Numbered from the stretch's first letter, positions 35,713 to 49,820 are shown. The stretch is 64,000 nt of DNA from Octopus sinensis (GCF_006345805.1 NC_043011.1:41428464-41492463); one strand, 5' to 3'. The notes: a model not told the origin generated them from the sequence alone. Numbers and translations: made by a program.

Positions 35713-36436
35713 GATGTGTTGTAGTGTACCTGAGCACTATACACAATAATTTCATTATTATTATACACAATACTCAGTGAACCTATTCACAACTAGAGTG
35801 TGAATGTCTATAAGTAGTAAATGAGTGTGAATACACACACACACAGACTGTGTCCCATCAAAAACATCCAAAAAGAAAGAAATTCCCAGCCCTGCCACCC
35901 CATCAAATGTCACCCAATTATTACCAGTCCATTCTTATCCTAAGCTCATTGGCCACCCTACCATCCCACCCCCAGCTCCCCCCTACCGCTTCACATTTCA
36001 CACATAGGTTCTATGAGAAAGCTACGGGCATATCCCTTCCTCTTCCTCATCCTCCTCCTCCTACTCCTCCTCCACTTCACCCCAATCAATAATGCAAGCA
36101 ACAAGAAGAAATACTTGTCTCGTTTCTTGCACCCCAGTTACAACTGGTTGGGGCGTTTCAGGCTTCAACACATGTTACCTGGGTAATTTCATGTTCACAG
36201 ACCAGGTGGTGGTGGTGGTGGTGGTAGTGTCGGTGATGGCGGTGGTGGCAGCGATGATGGTGATGGTAGCCGTGGCTGTGATGGTACTTTAGAAAACTAT
36301 TTCAAACATCTCTACCTACACAAACTTACTCTCAATACATTATATCTCGCCCTCTATCGCTCTCTGCTTCGTTCTCTATACAAGAATTTGTGTATAAATA
36401 ATATGAGTGTGTACACGCATGTGTGTATGTGTGTGT

Positions 36437-36474
<38 letters not shown>

Positions 36475-36577
36475 CATATAATACATACATATATATATAT
36501 ATATACAATATATATATACATACATATATATATATATATATACATATATATATACATATTATATAATATACATATAA

Positions 36578-36830
36578 ATCCTTAAATCCTTAAAATGTTT
36601 TAGCCCGAGGCCGCGGCCAGCTGGGCACCACCGCTGAATGAGCCACACTAGTTTGTGAATCCACTCTGATACGTGGCACTTGATCAACAAGGGAGTTGAT
36701 GCTGCTGCCCGCCATCCGCGTCTCCTGTCGTGAGGTAGGTTCATCTGGACTTCCAACAAGAAGAGATCCAGTTTAGTTTAAAGAAACCCCATCCACACCA
36801 TGTAAGTCTCTCAGGCATTTAGGGAGGATA
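36578..36830 (-). mobile_element. Unclassified GC-rich retroposon-like 3' end with short (TTAAGGA) tail
   Basis: CpG-rich 230-bp unit between TA tracts; aatccttaaatccttaaa at one end. Confidence 0.35.
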
Positions 36831-36938
36831 CATATATATATATATATACATATATAATAATACATATATATATATACATATAATATATATACATATATAT
36901 ATATATACATATATATATATACATATATATATCTATAC

Positions 36939-36971
<33 letters not shown>

Positions 36972-37243
36972 CATTATATATATATAATATATATAACATA
37001 TATATATATCATAATATACATATATATACATATATATATATACATACATATATAGTATATACATATATATATATAATATCATATATCTACATATATATAC
37101 ATATATATACATATACATAATATACTATATATATAACATAATATATATACATATATATATCTACATATATTATATACCTATATTATATATACATATCTAT
37201 ATATACATATATATATATTCATATATTACATATATATATATAC

Positions 37244-37322
<79 letters not shown>

Positions 37323-37360
37323 CATATATATTACATATATATATTATACAATATATATAC

Positions 37361-37395
<35 letters not shown>

Positions 37396-37410
37396 ATATA
37401 ACTATATATA
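36831..37410. repeat. About 580-bp degenerate (TA)n/(TACA)n tract
   Basis: Directly visible. Confidence 0.95.
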
Positions 37411-37589
37411 TATGCATGTTGTATATAGATATGTTGTATGTATGTATGTATGTATACACACATTTTTAATCATTTTGGTTTTCAGTATCACTACACAACA
37501 ATGTTGTTTTATATTGTATACACGCACTCGTACATGCATCACATACACACAATATGCATGAGTATACATATGTGTGTGTGTGTGTATAC

Positions 37590-38390
37590 ACATATCATCA
37601 TCATTTAACATCCGTTGTCCATGCTGGCATAAGTTGGACTGTTTGACTGGGTTGGACTGAGCTGGACGGTTTGACTTGGCCACTTTGCCTCCATGAGGCC
37701 CAACGCTCGAAAGGAACTTAGCCACCTCGCCTCTCGTGAGGCCCAACACTTGAAAAGAACTCAGCCACTTTACCTCCATGTGGCCCAACGCTCAAAAGGA
37801 ACTAAGCTATTTTGCCTCCGTCAGGCCCAATGCTCAAAAGGTACGAGACCCAACATTCAGAGGTCGATTTTTTTACGTGCCGCCAGCACAGGTGCTCTTG
37901 GCTTGACAGGTCCTCTTAAGCAGAGCACATTGCTTAAGGTCTCGGTCACTAGTCATTGCCTCTGTGAGGTTCAAAGTTCAAAGGTCAAGCTTCACCACCT
38001 CGTCCCATGTCTTGCTGGGTTTACTACTACCACAGGTTTGCTCCACAGTTAGAGATCGGCACTTCTTTACACAACTGTCCTCGGCCATACACATCACATG
38101 ACCATACCAGCACAGTCGTTTCTCTTGCATACCACATCTGATGCCTCTTATGCCTAACTTTTCTCTCAAGATACTTACACTCTGTCGAACATGCACACTG
38201 ACATTGCACATCCAGCGAAGCATACTGGCTTCATTTCTCTCAAATCTATGCATGCCCTTGGCTGTTATAGCCCATGTTTCACTGCCATGCAGCATAGCTG
38301 TTTGTACAGAGGCATAAAAAATCTGCCTCTCACTCTGAGGCCCTTTGTTGCCAGCAGGGTAGGAGCTCTCTGAACTTTGCCCAGCCTAAT
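37590..38390 (-). mobile_element. Decayed RTE fragment with 3' UTR
   Basis: MLHGSETW...WYGHVM...KTWDEVVK. Confidence 0.85.
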
Positions 38391-38929
38391 AATTAACAAT
38401 TAGTGCCATTCTACACAAATATAGGAAGCAGTATTTGTTAATATTTTACCTCACTGAGATTACTAAAAGAGATTTGAGTCTTCAAAAACACAATCTTGTC
38501 AGACACTGGTGTTTCAACATCATTTAGTCTTCTCAGTGAAGAATTCTATCATGCTTGACGGAGCATGATCATTATCATCACCGTCATCAGCCCTACCAAC
38601 ACCACCAGCATTGTCATCATCATCAGCAGTACCACCACTACTACCACCACCCTCATCATTACCACAGCCACTATTATCACCACTATCACTACTACCATCA
38701 CCACTAACATCACCAGCATCATCATTATCCCTGTTATCAACATCATTAACTGCTACAGTGATAAGGCAATATTAACAACAGGAAAAATCACAAAGTTCAA
38801 TATACACAACATAAAAATAGCATAACAACATATTCACATACATAACACACCCACATGCGTGTATATGTATATAGTATGTTTGTATATATATATATTATTA
38901 TATATATATATATAATATATATATTCTTT

Positions 38930-39310
38930 TTCTTTTTAATTGTTTTAGTCATTTGATTGCAGCCATGCTGGAGCACTGCCTTTAGTCAAACAAATCGACC
39001 CCAGGACTTATTCTTTCTAAGCTTAGTACTTATTTTTTCGGAACTCTTTTGCTGAATTGCTAAGTTATGGGGACATAAACACACCAACGTCGGCTGTCAA
39101 GCGATGGTGGGGGTGGGACAAACACAAACACACAAATACACAAACACACACACACATATACATATATATACAACAGGCTTTTCTCAGTTTCCATCTACCA
39201 AATCCATTCACATGGCTTTGGTCAGCCCAAGGCTATAGTAGAAGACACTTGCCCAAGGTGCCATGCACAGTGAGACTGAACCCAGAACCATGTGGTTGGG
39301 AAGCAAACTT
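38930..39310 (-). mobile_element. SINE family A
   Basis: Similarity to 9890-10280. Confidence 0.85.
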
Positions 39311-39332
39311 CATATATATTTTATATATAATT

Positions 39333-39371
<39 letters not shown>

Positions 39372-39384
39372 CATATATGTGTAT

Positions 39385-39610
39385 ACCGGAGTAAGCACAT
39401 AAATGTGAAACAAGGTAGAAAAAATAGTACTCGAATACCAGAGGTAGAGTAATATGTTTTATTAAAAAGCATTAAAAAGCAGAAATATTTTTTTAAAACT
39501 GTTACTCAGAGTTTCACACTCCTTGTCGGACAGTTTTTGTCCAACGAACGGGGTCGTGTAACTCTGAGTAACAGTTTTTATGATATTTCTGCTGCTTTTT
39601 AATAAAGTAT
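39385..39610. mobile_element. Penelope-type palindromic mini-element with two inverted degenerate hammerhead motifs (second copy 42640-42812)
   Basis: Arms actgttactcagagtttcac / gtgtaactctgagtaacagt; the ggagtaagcacataaatgtgaaacaagg leader is shared with 42645. Confidence 0.55.
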
Positions 39611-39618
39611 ATATATAC

Positions 39619-39650
<32 letters not shown>

Positions 39651-39662
39651 TATTATATATAT

Positions 39663-39696
<34 letters not shown>

Positions 39697-39719
39697 TATA
39701 TTATATATATATATATATA

Positions 39720-39767
<48 letters not shown>

Positions 39768-40230
39768 GATAGATATAGATACAGATATAGATTTATACAC
39801 ATAGATAGATAAATAGATAGAGAGATAGAGAGAGAGAGAAAGAGAGCGAGATAAAACACTAACACACACACACAAAAAAGAAACACACCAAACACACCTA
39901 TATATATAATTATATATATATATATATATAAGTAAGGGCAAAAGAAAAAAAATTCTTTTGCCCTTACTTATAAATTGTTTATAATTCACCTTTAAAGGTA
40001 TTTTAATATGAGGCCTTGATAGAATTTTTCGAAAACCGCATCCTATATTATTATATATATATATATGTAGGTCCGGGTTGAGTCGGGGTTAACCACAGTA
40101 AATAAGGTACTCAATACATAGCAGAGAGTAAAGTAATTATTTTATAGAAGGAGCTCTACAGGACTAGAATGTTTCATTCAGTGTAATCTTCAGGAAGATT
40201 TTCATTGTTCTAGTCCTGTAGAAGCTCCTT

Positions 40231-40280
<50 letters not shown>

Positions 40281-40504
40281 TACATTTATGCGAGAGATGG
40301 TTGACATATATATGGTGAATGGATATATAAATAGATGGATGTATACATTTCTGAACAACAAGGACATACTTACAGTCTAACATCGAAGATTGAAGTGTAG
40401 GGGTCTTGTGCTTTTTCTATCATTGAATGCATATTGAGGTAAGCAGCCGGGTTAGACAGACAGACCAACAGATAGAGAGATAGAGTGATAGATAGATAGA
40501 TAGG

Positions 40505-40559
<55 letters not shown>

Positions 40560-40947
40560 AAAAAGTTGAGACTGGTGTCTGGCTAAAGTGAACAACCAGG
40601 AAAATGAAGAGCCTTGCAACACAGGCTCAGCTTGACTGACTGAAGTCTGGAACACACTAAAGGAGAGGGTGGCAGTTGTGATGGTGACAGTAGTAGTAGT
40701 AGTAGAGTAGTAGTTGTGGTGGTGGTAGTGGTGGTGGTGGTGGTGGTGGTAGTGGTGGTGGTAGCTGTAGGTGGAGTTGTGACTGCTGGTCCTGCTGCTG
40801 TTTTAGTACAATTGCACAAAGTCAATGCTTTGTTTTGGTGGTAAATATGGTTGTGTGTGGCTCTCTCTCTTTATAGCAGCCTATATAGATCTATGTGTAT
40901 ATGCATAAGTAAATGTGTGTGTGTGTGTATGTGTATATATAATATAT

Positions 40948-41013
<66 letters not shown>

Positions 41014-41084
41014 TTATCATCATCATTGTTAATATCCATTATTCATGCTAGCATGGGTGTATATTTATATATAGCATATACTCT

Positions 41085-41276
41085 TTTACTCTTTTACTTG
41101 TTTCAGTCATTTGACTGTGGCCATGCTGGAGCACCACATTTAGGCGAGCAAATCAACCCCAGGACTTATTCTTTGCAAGCCTAGTACTTATTCTATCAGT
41201 CACTTTTGTCGAACCGCTAAGTTACAGGGGACGTAAACACACCAGCATCGGTTGTCAAGCGATGTTGGGAGGACAA

Positions 41277-41320
<44 letters not shown>

Positions 41321-41480
41321 GACAGGCTTCTTTCAGTTTCCATCTACCAAATCCACTCACAAGGCTTTGGTCGGCCCGAGGCTATAGTAGAAGACACTTG
41401 CCCAAGGTGCCACGTAGTGGGACTGAACCCAGAACCATGTGGTCGGTAAGCAAGCTACTTACCACACAGCCACTCCTACA
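41085..41480 (-). mobile_element. Near full-length SINE family A
   Basis: Similarity to 9890-10280. Confidence 0.9.
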
Positions 41481-41932
41481 CCTATTATAGCATATATGCA
41501 CCAACTCACACACATACACACATATATAACTATGTATGCATGCACACACGCACACAAACACACATTGTTGCATGAAAAATGTGCAGAAACATGTTAAGAA
41601 AAAAGAAGTAGGGTGGGAGGCCCAGGGAAAAAGAGAGGGATGAGGGAGAGAGAGAGAGAGTTGTATGAAAACTTAGGAAGCTGTAATACAAGTTGGTTTA
41701 ATGAAAAGCAACCTCGAGAAAGGAACAGCCAGGGACGCGGACATGGACCGCAAGCAACAAGTGATGAGACAAGATGCTGCGTTGGGAAAGATCTTCCCTT
41801 CACCCACCCACAAACCTTTACAAGCCGGGATTCCTTCACCACCACCACTGGGTGTAAAATGATGATGATGATGATGATGCTCTTACACATACACACATAT
41901 ATGTGTGTATATGCACTCACATATACTTCTGT

Positions 41933-41963
<31 letters not shown>

Positions 41964-42114
41964 AGGAATGACACCTGGCATTTCAACCAGCAAGTACAAC
42001 ATTAAAAATCACAGCCATTTAACAAATGTGGGACAGAATATGGTAGATATAGCATGTTGACTCTCTTTCAAGTTGTGTCTCGTAAAAAATAGGTTTCTGT
42101 ATATATATATATAT

Positions 42115-42590
42115 ATCATCATCATCATCATTTAGCGTCCGCTTTCCATGCTAGCATGGGTTGGACGGGTCAACTGGGGTCTGTGAAGCTGGAAGGCTTC
42201 GTCAGGCCCAGTCAGATCTGGCAGTGTTTCTACGGCTGGATGCCCTTCCTAACGCCAACCACTCCGCGAGAGTGTGGGTGTTTTTTACGTGCCCACTGCA
42301 CAGGTGCCAGACAGAGCTGGTAAACGGCCACGAACGGATGGTGCTTTTACGTGTCACATGGCACGGGGCCAGGCGATGGTGGTAACGGACACGAACGGAT
42401 GGTGCTTTTAAGTGCCCACCGACACGGGGCCAGACAGAGCTGGCAAACGGTCACAAACGGATGGTGCTTTTACGTGTCACCGGCACGGGGGCAGCGAGGC
42501 TGGCAATGAACACGAACGGATGGTGCTTTTACGTGCCACCGACACGGGGCCAGACAGAGCTGGCAAACGGCCACGAACGGACAGTGCTTA
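42115..42590 (-). mobile_element. RTE 3' UTR with about 5 tandem subrepeats
   Basis: (CAT)n tail then repeated cacgaacggatggtgcttttacgtg units. Confidence 0.85.
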
Positions 42591-42606
42591 TGTGTGTGTG
42601 TGTATG

Positions 42607-42640
<34 letters not shown>

Positions 42641-43619
42641 TACTGGAGTAAGCACATAAATGTGAAACAAGGTGGAAAAAAGAGTACTCAAATACCAGCG
42701 GTAGAGTAATATGCTTTATTTAAAAGCAGCAGAAACTTCCCGATGAACAGGAACGTGAAACTCTGAGTAACAACTTTTGTTATATTTCTGCTGCTTTTAA
42801 ATAAAGTATATATATATATATATAGTGACGTATATTTGCCATTTAAATATGGCTAACCCCTAAGGGTGGATGCTACTGTAGTTTGTAGCCCCAGGAGGAC
42901 ACCTCCTCCAGCTGGCTATAGACACACTTTCTGTGCCCTATCAGTATTTGCAAAGGAAAGCCATCCTTCCCGTCTTCAACTTATGATACATACAGACTCG
43001 AGTTTCTGAGTATTGACCCGTCATCGGCATGTGACAATCACAGTTGTCGATAAAAAGTAGGTTCCCTTCACAAATACTTATACCTTTTTCTAGTATTGAT
43101 AGACACTGATATCGAAAAAGTGTAAACAAGCAATAATAAATCTTAGAGCGAGTTATATATATATATATATATAATCTGAAGTGTACAGTCTTATATATTC
43201 ATCACAGCTGATCTTACCAATTGGTTTTGTACCAAAGGTACGATGGAGTGTTAGGTAACAATCCGATTATATAACCCTACGCTCATCAGAGGTAGCTGAT
43301 ATGGAATGAAAAAAATTCTTTGTGTCCCTAGCACAAAACCGATCAGTAAGATCAGCCGTGATGGATGTATGATGCTGTACACTTCAGATAATATACCCAC
43401 TCCATTGACAGTTATGGAAATGTATTTTTTCCTGACTTATGGATTTTTAGACGACTTATGTATATATAAACATATATATGTATGTATGTATGTATGTATG
43501 GATCCGCAAGTGTAAAGTAGAAGATAGTCTTGAGCGCACAGTGTTTCTAAGGGTCAGTAATGGTTTTACTCGGTCACAAGTGGACGGCCATCATGTATGC
43601 ATGTATGTATACATGTATA

Positions 43620-43830
43620 AATTCTTTTATTCTTTTACTTGTTTCAGTCATATGACTGCAGCTATACTGGAGCACTGCCTTTAGTCGAAAAAATCAACCC
43701 CAGGACATATTCTTTGTAAGTCTAGTACTTATTATATCAGTCTCTTTTGCTGAACTGCTAAGTTATAGGGACATAAACACACCGACATTGGTTGTCAAGC
43801 GATGGTGGGGAGACAAACACAGACACGCAA

Positions 43831-43873
<43 letters not shown>

Positions 43874-43894
43874 ACACACACACACACATAATAT

Positions 43895-43928
<34 letters not shown>

Positions 43929-44525
43929 ATATATATATTATGTATATATATATATATACGACAGGTTTCTTTCAGTTTCCATCTACCAAATCCACTCACA
44001 AGGCTTTGGTCAGCCTTTGGTCAGCCTGAGCTAAAGTAGAAGACACTTGCCCAAAGCGCCACACGGTGGGACTGAACTCTGAAGTATGTAGTTGGAAAGC
44101 AAGCTTCTTTCCACACAGCCACACTGCGCCTACAAGCAAACACATTTATACACATACACACACACACACACATAAATATATTTGCTTCCCAATCGCATGG
44201 TTCCAAGTTCAGTCCCACTGCATGGCACCTCAGGCAAATGTCTTCTACTATAGCCCTGGGCTGATCAAAGCCTTGTGAATGGATTTGGTAGAAGGAAACT
44301 GAAAGAAGCCCATCATGTATATACATGTGTGTGTCTGTCCGCAACCACTACTTGACAACCAATATTGGTGTGCTTGGGTCCTTCTGACTTAGCAGTTCAG
44401 CAAAAGAGCCTGATAGAATAAGTACCAGGTGTCAATTCATTGTCAATTCATTTGAGTGAAAGAAAATTTTCAAGGTGGTGCCCCAGCATGGCCGCAGCCT
44501 AAAAACCAAAACAAGTAAAAGATAA
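43620..44525. mobile_element. Oppositely oriented pair of family A SINEs
   Basis: 43620-44130 on -, 44175-44525 on +. Confidence 0.8.
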
Positions 44526-45329
44526 AAGATATATGTGTGTATGTGTGTGGTGAGAAAAAGTGAAAGTTCACACATTGTCAATTACCTAGTTAATGTGTGT
44601 AGCGAGGGGGAGCAGGGGGTGAATGAAATGGCAGAAGGAAGGAGGGGGTACATAGTGATGCTCTAGTTAATGGGGGAGGTTAGAGGGAGGTGTTGATGAT
44701 AGCAGCTACTGAGAAGATGGTGGAGGTGGCGACAGTGACAATTGTGGTGATGGGGTGCTTCTGCTGCTACCAGTGAATGGTTTTTTCTCTCTAGCAGTAG
44801 CAGTAGCAGTAGTAGTAGTAGCAGTAGTAGTAGTAGTAGTAGTAGTAGCAGTAGCAATAGCAGTAGCAGTAGTCGTTTGGCCCCAATTCAACCCTGATCG
44901 AAGAAGCCTATGATCAGAGGTGTTCCAGGCACGACCATCCTTTCTTGTTTTCAGATCTTGTGTACCTAGGACTACACCATCTAATGTGTTCTACCTTGCT
45001 CGAAACTACAGATGAGTAGTTCTCAACAGGGTCCACGTGACCCTTTGGGGTTCCATTTAAGATCTTATGGTTAACATGTATCTGCAATAAATTGGTTACA
45101 TTTCTACACAAAATATTTTGACAATTTTCTGATGAAATTCCTAACATCTAATTATGAAAATAGGGTTTTTTAAATATTGAATGGTTAGGAGGGCCCATCT
45201 GAATGAAAAAGGAGTCAAAGTGGTCCATAGGGGAAAAAATAGTTGGAAACCACAGGATTTGAAGGAAGTTTGGCTGTTATATCTAGCAGGTGTCAGTCTC
45301 CCTTAGTTGAGTCCTTGCAGTAGTATTTA

Positions 45330-45598
45330 GAGTAGGGGTCCCCAAACTTTTTAGATCATTGAACCCTTCATGGAATCCTTGACCCCCGCCTCCTCATCGA
45401 CTCCCGCCACCACCACCAGGCATGTACAAGGAAATAAATAAATAATAATAATAATTAAGTAGATATGAATTTATCGACCCTCTTCGATAGTCCCACTGAT
45501 CACCCCAGGGGTCGGGGATCTTTTCCTTTTGATGGACAGAATTTTCTAGTTAACTAAACAATTTGAAACTTCGTATACTGGTAGAATGTGTCAGAGAG

Positions 45599-45643
<45 letters not shown>

Positions 45644-45930
45644 CTGAATATATGTGTGTGTGTGCGGCGTGTGTCTGCTATGTTTGTTTATCAATATCGA
45701 TAACGCAGCAAATGATTTGAGCTCAAATGCTGGCATTTCATTGGTTAAAATTCGAAGAATTAAACTACGTTAAACTTACAAATTACAATTTTGTTTACAA
45801 TATTGTTTTCTTTTGACACATTCTACCAGTATACGAAGTTTCAAATTGTTTAGTTAACTAGAAAAATCCGCCCATCAAAAGGAAAAGATCCGGGGTCAAT
45901 ATTGACCACTTTGGAGACTCCTGATTTAGA
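45330..45930. mobile_element. hAT-like MITE containing a nested element with 77-bp TIRs (45517-45890)
   Basis: Outer ends aggggtccccaaac / tttggagactcct; inner arms 45517-45593 and 45814-45890 differ at 3 positions. Confidence 0.65.
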
Positions 45931-46849
45931 GGAATAATAATCCTAAAGCCAGCCATTAATTAAAGCAAAAGAGTGAGGGGCTGAGGGGAGCGAAGGAGAC
46001 CCCCCCATTCCTCTCCCTTATCTGTCCCCCATCACACACCACACGCACACACATGCACAACAGTTAGTCAACCTCTGATGAGTTGTCTGACATGCTAGAA
46101 ATGGTAGCCAAATCACCTTCAAACAACAGCCTTATTGTACTATGTAAATAAAAGGACATAGTATAATGTAATCCAAGGTACACAAATACATTATGCTATG
46201 TCTGAAATGAAACAGATGGGTCGGTCAGTGTTGGAATGTCTATGTTCATGTAGGTCGCCTCTATCAAGGCTAACCTGGAGTCAAAGAGTAATAATAGCAG
46301 CAGTAAAGGTATAGTTCAAAAAGGGGTCAGATAGGGAGCAGACAGAGGACAGACAGTGAAACCTGTTAATGAGATCATCAGGTAATACAAGGGAGTGGGG
46401 TGCTTTGTTGTGGGAGGGGAAGGTGTGAGTGACAGTAGGAGGCAGTAACTAGAAAATGAAGGGGACAAGTGGGAGAAGGTAAAAAGGAAAGAAAGGAGTT
46501 GAAACAAAGAGGAGGAGAAGGGGGATGAGAGGAGGAGGGGTAATGTGTGGAAGAAGGGAGATGAGAAGGTAAAACTGAAAAGATATCAAAAAGAAGAGCG
46601 GGAAGAGGCATCCAGTTGAGTGGAGAGGGCATGTTGTGTGTGTGTGTGTCCTGGACACCTGGTCCCTGATTTCAGTACAATGCCATTATTTTTCAGGAGA
46701 GGAGATTAATCAATAAAACCACTGACCCCTGTACTTTACTTGTACTTTACTTTATCCTGTCGACTCAATAGGATTTGAACTCAGAACGTAAAGAATCACA
46801 AGTACCACAAAGTAAATGTATGTATGTTCCAAGTTGTAAACCGACAGTC

Positions 46850-47245
46850 TTGTACCCAGGTAGCTAAAATTTTCACATAAGGGTACAAACAATAACTCTG
46901 AGCACCTTTCAAACTCCACCTGTCTAACACCTGTGGACATGTTTACAAAGTCAGAAAACAGCACAGCTCCCATGACTTTCGGAAACATTTTTCATGCTAA
47001 GAGTTGCTGAAGCACGGAACAGACTGCCGGCATCAGTTGTTAGTTGTGTAGTAGCACTGCATCCTTCAAAACTTCCATGCTTCCTGAGATTCGCCAACAC
47101 TACACCTGATTTTCTTCCCTCCATACACACGCAAGCATGTATCTGACTCATACACTGTTCGCTTTCCAGACATTTGTACATTACTGCTTATGCTTTATAC
47201 GCACTTTTGACACCTGAGCACTGTATACAATAATTTCATTATTAT
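46850..47245 (+). mobile_element. CR1/L2-clade LINE 3' end (second copy about 63715-64000)
   Basis: KVRKQHSSHDFRKHF..LRVAEARNRLPASVVSC-type C-terminus and (ATT)n tail. Confidence 0.75.
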
Positions 47246-47529
47246 TATTCATGTTTTCACGGAGGTGGGGGGTGGGGAAGTTAAACTAAATGATATTCTT
47301 CTGGTAGTTTCAGACCAAAAAAAAAAGAAGGAATTACTCTAGTTTGGGTATTCATCATCATTGTTGTCGTCGTCGTCATCGTCATTATCATCTTCACCAC
47401 TACCAACCACTACCACCACCACCATCATTGTCATCACCACTACCACTGCCCATGCCACCACCACCAACACCACCACCACCATCATCGTCATCATCACCAT
47501 CACTTTCGTCAGCTATTACATACACATAT

Positions 47530-48360
47530 ATTCTTTCATTTATTTTAGTCATTAGTCTGTGGCCATGCTGGGGCACAGCCTGGAATTTTAGACGAATGGG
47601 TCAACCCCAATACTTACCTCTTTTTTCAAAAGACTGGTATTTATTCGATCAGTCTCTAACGGCAAACTGCTAAGTTACAGGCACATAAAAACATCAGTTG
47701 ACAAGTGGGGGTAGGACACACGCATATTCGATGGACTTCTTTCAGTTTCCATCTACCAAATCCACTCACAAGGCTTTGGTCAGCCTGAGGCTATAGTAGA
47801 AGACACTTGCCTAAGGTGCTACAGAGTGGGACTGAACCCAGAACCATGTGGTTGGGAAGTAGACTTCTTACTCCACAGCCATGCTTAACATCTATATTAC
47901 ATGTATATCTTGTTGTGTCTTGAACAAATAAATTCGCATCAAGAATCTTGCAAACCAAACACAAAAGCCAAGCCACACAGGCATGGCTGTGTGGTAAGAA
48001 GCTTGCTTCCCAACCACATGGTTCTGGGTTCAGTCCTACTGCATGGCACCTTGGGCAAATGTCTTCTACAACAGCCCCAGGTCAACCAAAGCCTTGTGAA
48101 CAGATTCGTCAGATAGAAACTGAAAGAAACCCATTGTATATGTGTGTGGTGTGTATGTGTGTGTGTTTGTCCTCCACAACTGCTTGACAACCGGTGTAGG
48201 TGTGTTTACATCCCCTTAATTTAACAGACTTAATTTAAGAGACTGATAGAATAAGAACTAGGCTTTAAAAAAAAGTACCGGGGTTGATTCATTCGACTAA
48301 AATCCTTCAAGGTGGTGCTCCAGCATGGCCACAGTCTAATGACTGAAACAAATAAAAGAA
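47530..48360. mobile_element. Head-to-head pair of family A SINEs
   Basis: 47530-47885 on -, 47978-48360 on +. Confidence 0.8.
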
Positions 48361-48713
48361 TATATTATACATATAATATATATATATGTATGAAAGCATG
48401 CGGTGTGTGTGTGTAATGTAAATGAAAGTTATACAATATGTATTTTTTTATCCAAACTCTGGTTATATAAGGAGAGAGGAAAGAAAAAAAACAGGACAGA
48501 AACAAACCATTTAATGTCAGCAAGTTCCAAATTACAGTTAATTTAGTGACCGACATATTGTTCAAGATGTCGTCTTTATATATTTAAAGGGTGGCGCCTG
48601 GTGAAGCATCAACTGATACTGTGACCAACGAAATGAAATGCCAGGGAACACCTACACATTCAGGCAAACGTGTGTGTGTGCGTGTGTGTATACGTACATA
48701 TATATGTGAGCGC

Positions 48714-48744
<31 letters not shown>

Positions 48745-48747
<3 letters not shown>

Positions 48748-49020
48748 CATCGTTATCATTTAACATCCACTTTCCATGCTGGCATAGGTTAGACTGCATC
48801 ATCATCATCATCATCATCGTTCAATGTCCGCTTTCCATGCTGGCATGGGTTGGACGGTTTGACTGGGGACTGGTGAGCCAGATGGCTGCACCAGGCTCCA
48901 ATCTGATCTGGCAGAGTTTCTACAGCTGGATGCCCTTCCTAATGCCAACCACTCCAAGAGTGTAGTAGGTGCTTTTATGTGCCATCGGCACGAGGGCCAG
49001 TCAGGCAGTACTGGCAACGG
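48745..49020 (-). mobile_element. RTE 3' ends (a second set at 49920-50230)
   Basis: (CAT)n-ttaacgtccg-type ends. Confidence 0.8.
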
Positions 49021-49045
49021 TCACATATATATATGTGTGTGTGTA

Positions 49046-49076
<31 letters not shown>

Positions 49077-49659
49077 TATGCAGGTATAAGTTAGAGGTGT
49101 TTAAAGCTTCTGAGGAATAGATTTATCCAAAGGCACTTCTGGTAATTACCTCAGTAGGTATATTCCTTGGTAACAGGCATACAGCAGCAGGTAATTTACC
49201 GGGTAGCTGTAGTTTATATGTGTGTGTGTGTCCATACATACAGACATGCACACATACACACATAGCATGCAAACACACACACACACTCACATTGATATGG
49301 ATGGGTTTAAGAGATTAAGGCTAGTCTATGGTCCATAAATAAGGTGAAAAGTAAGAGAACTCCATCCCCCTGCTTACCTCCTCTATTTTCACCACTGATC
49401 ATGCACCACATTATGTGTGTGTGTGTGTGTGTGTGTGTAATGAAATAAACATCAGAGATACTTTTCTCCATGCAGAAACTACAGCAGCAACTCAGAGGTT
49501 TTGCCGTATCTTCTAAAATCCATTGCAATGCTGGAAAATGCTTCCATATCATCAATAGGTATCTCTGAGTCACAAGCGTTTCACCCACAGCTTGAACACT
49601 TCAGCTGAGTGGGTGCAGCAAAGACTGAACTAGTCATCACTGACAAAAGAGTTCCACTT

Positions 49660-49820
49660 GTGCTCTCTTACCAATCATCGACATCTTGAGCTAACATCTA
49701 CTGTCGTTCCTATTTCCTTGATGGCTTTCTTCCGTTGTCTGGGTTCCACACCTATTTTCTGCAGGAGATGCTGCACTGATACAGATGGGAAGCCATAAAA
49801 GCTGATGTCAATGGGGAGTC
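49660..49820 (-). mobile_element. Remnant of a restriction-like-endonuclease non-LTR element (Hero/R2 superfamily) C-terminus
   Basis: LPIDISFYGFPSVSVQHLLQKIGVEPRQRKKAIKEIGTTVDVSSR resembles the PVEVGCRGF...LG...RRKAI.E....AE.AS.W motif as I recall it. Confidence 0.55.

Noticed and set aside
35358-37410. Many Y/I/M/H-rich ORFs
   Set aside because: Translations of (TA)n/(CA)n microsatellites; the same applies to similar ORFs throughout the window.
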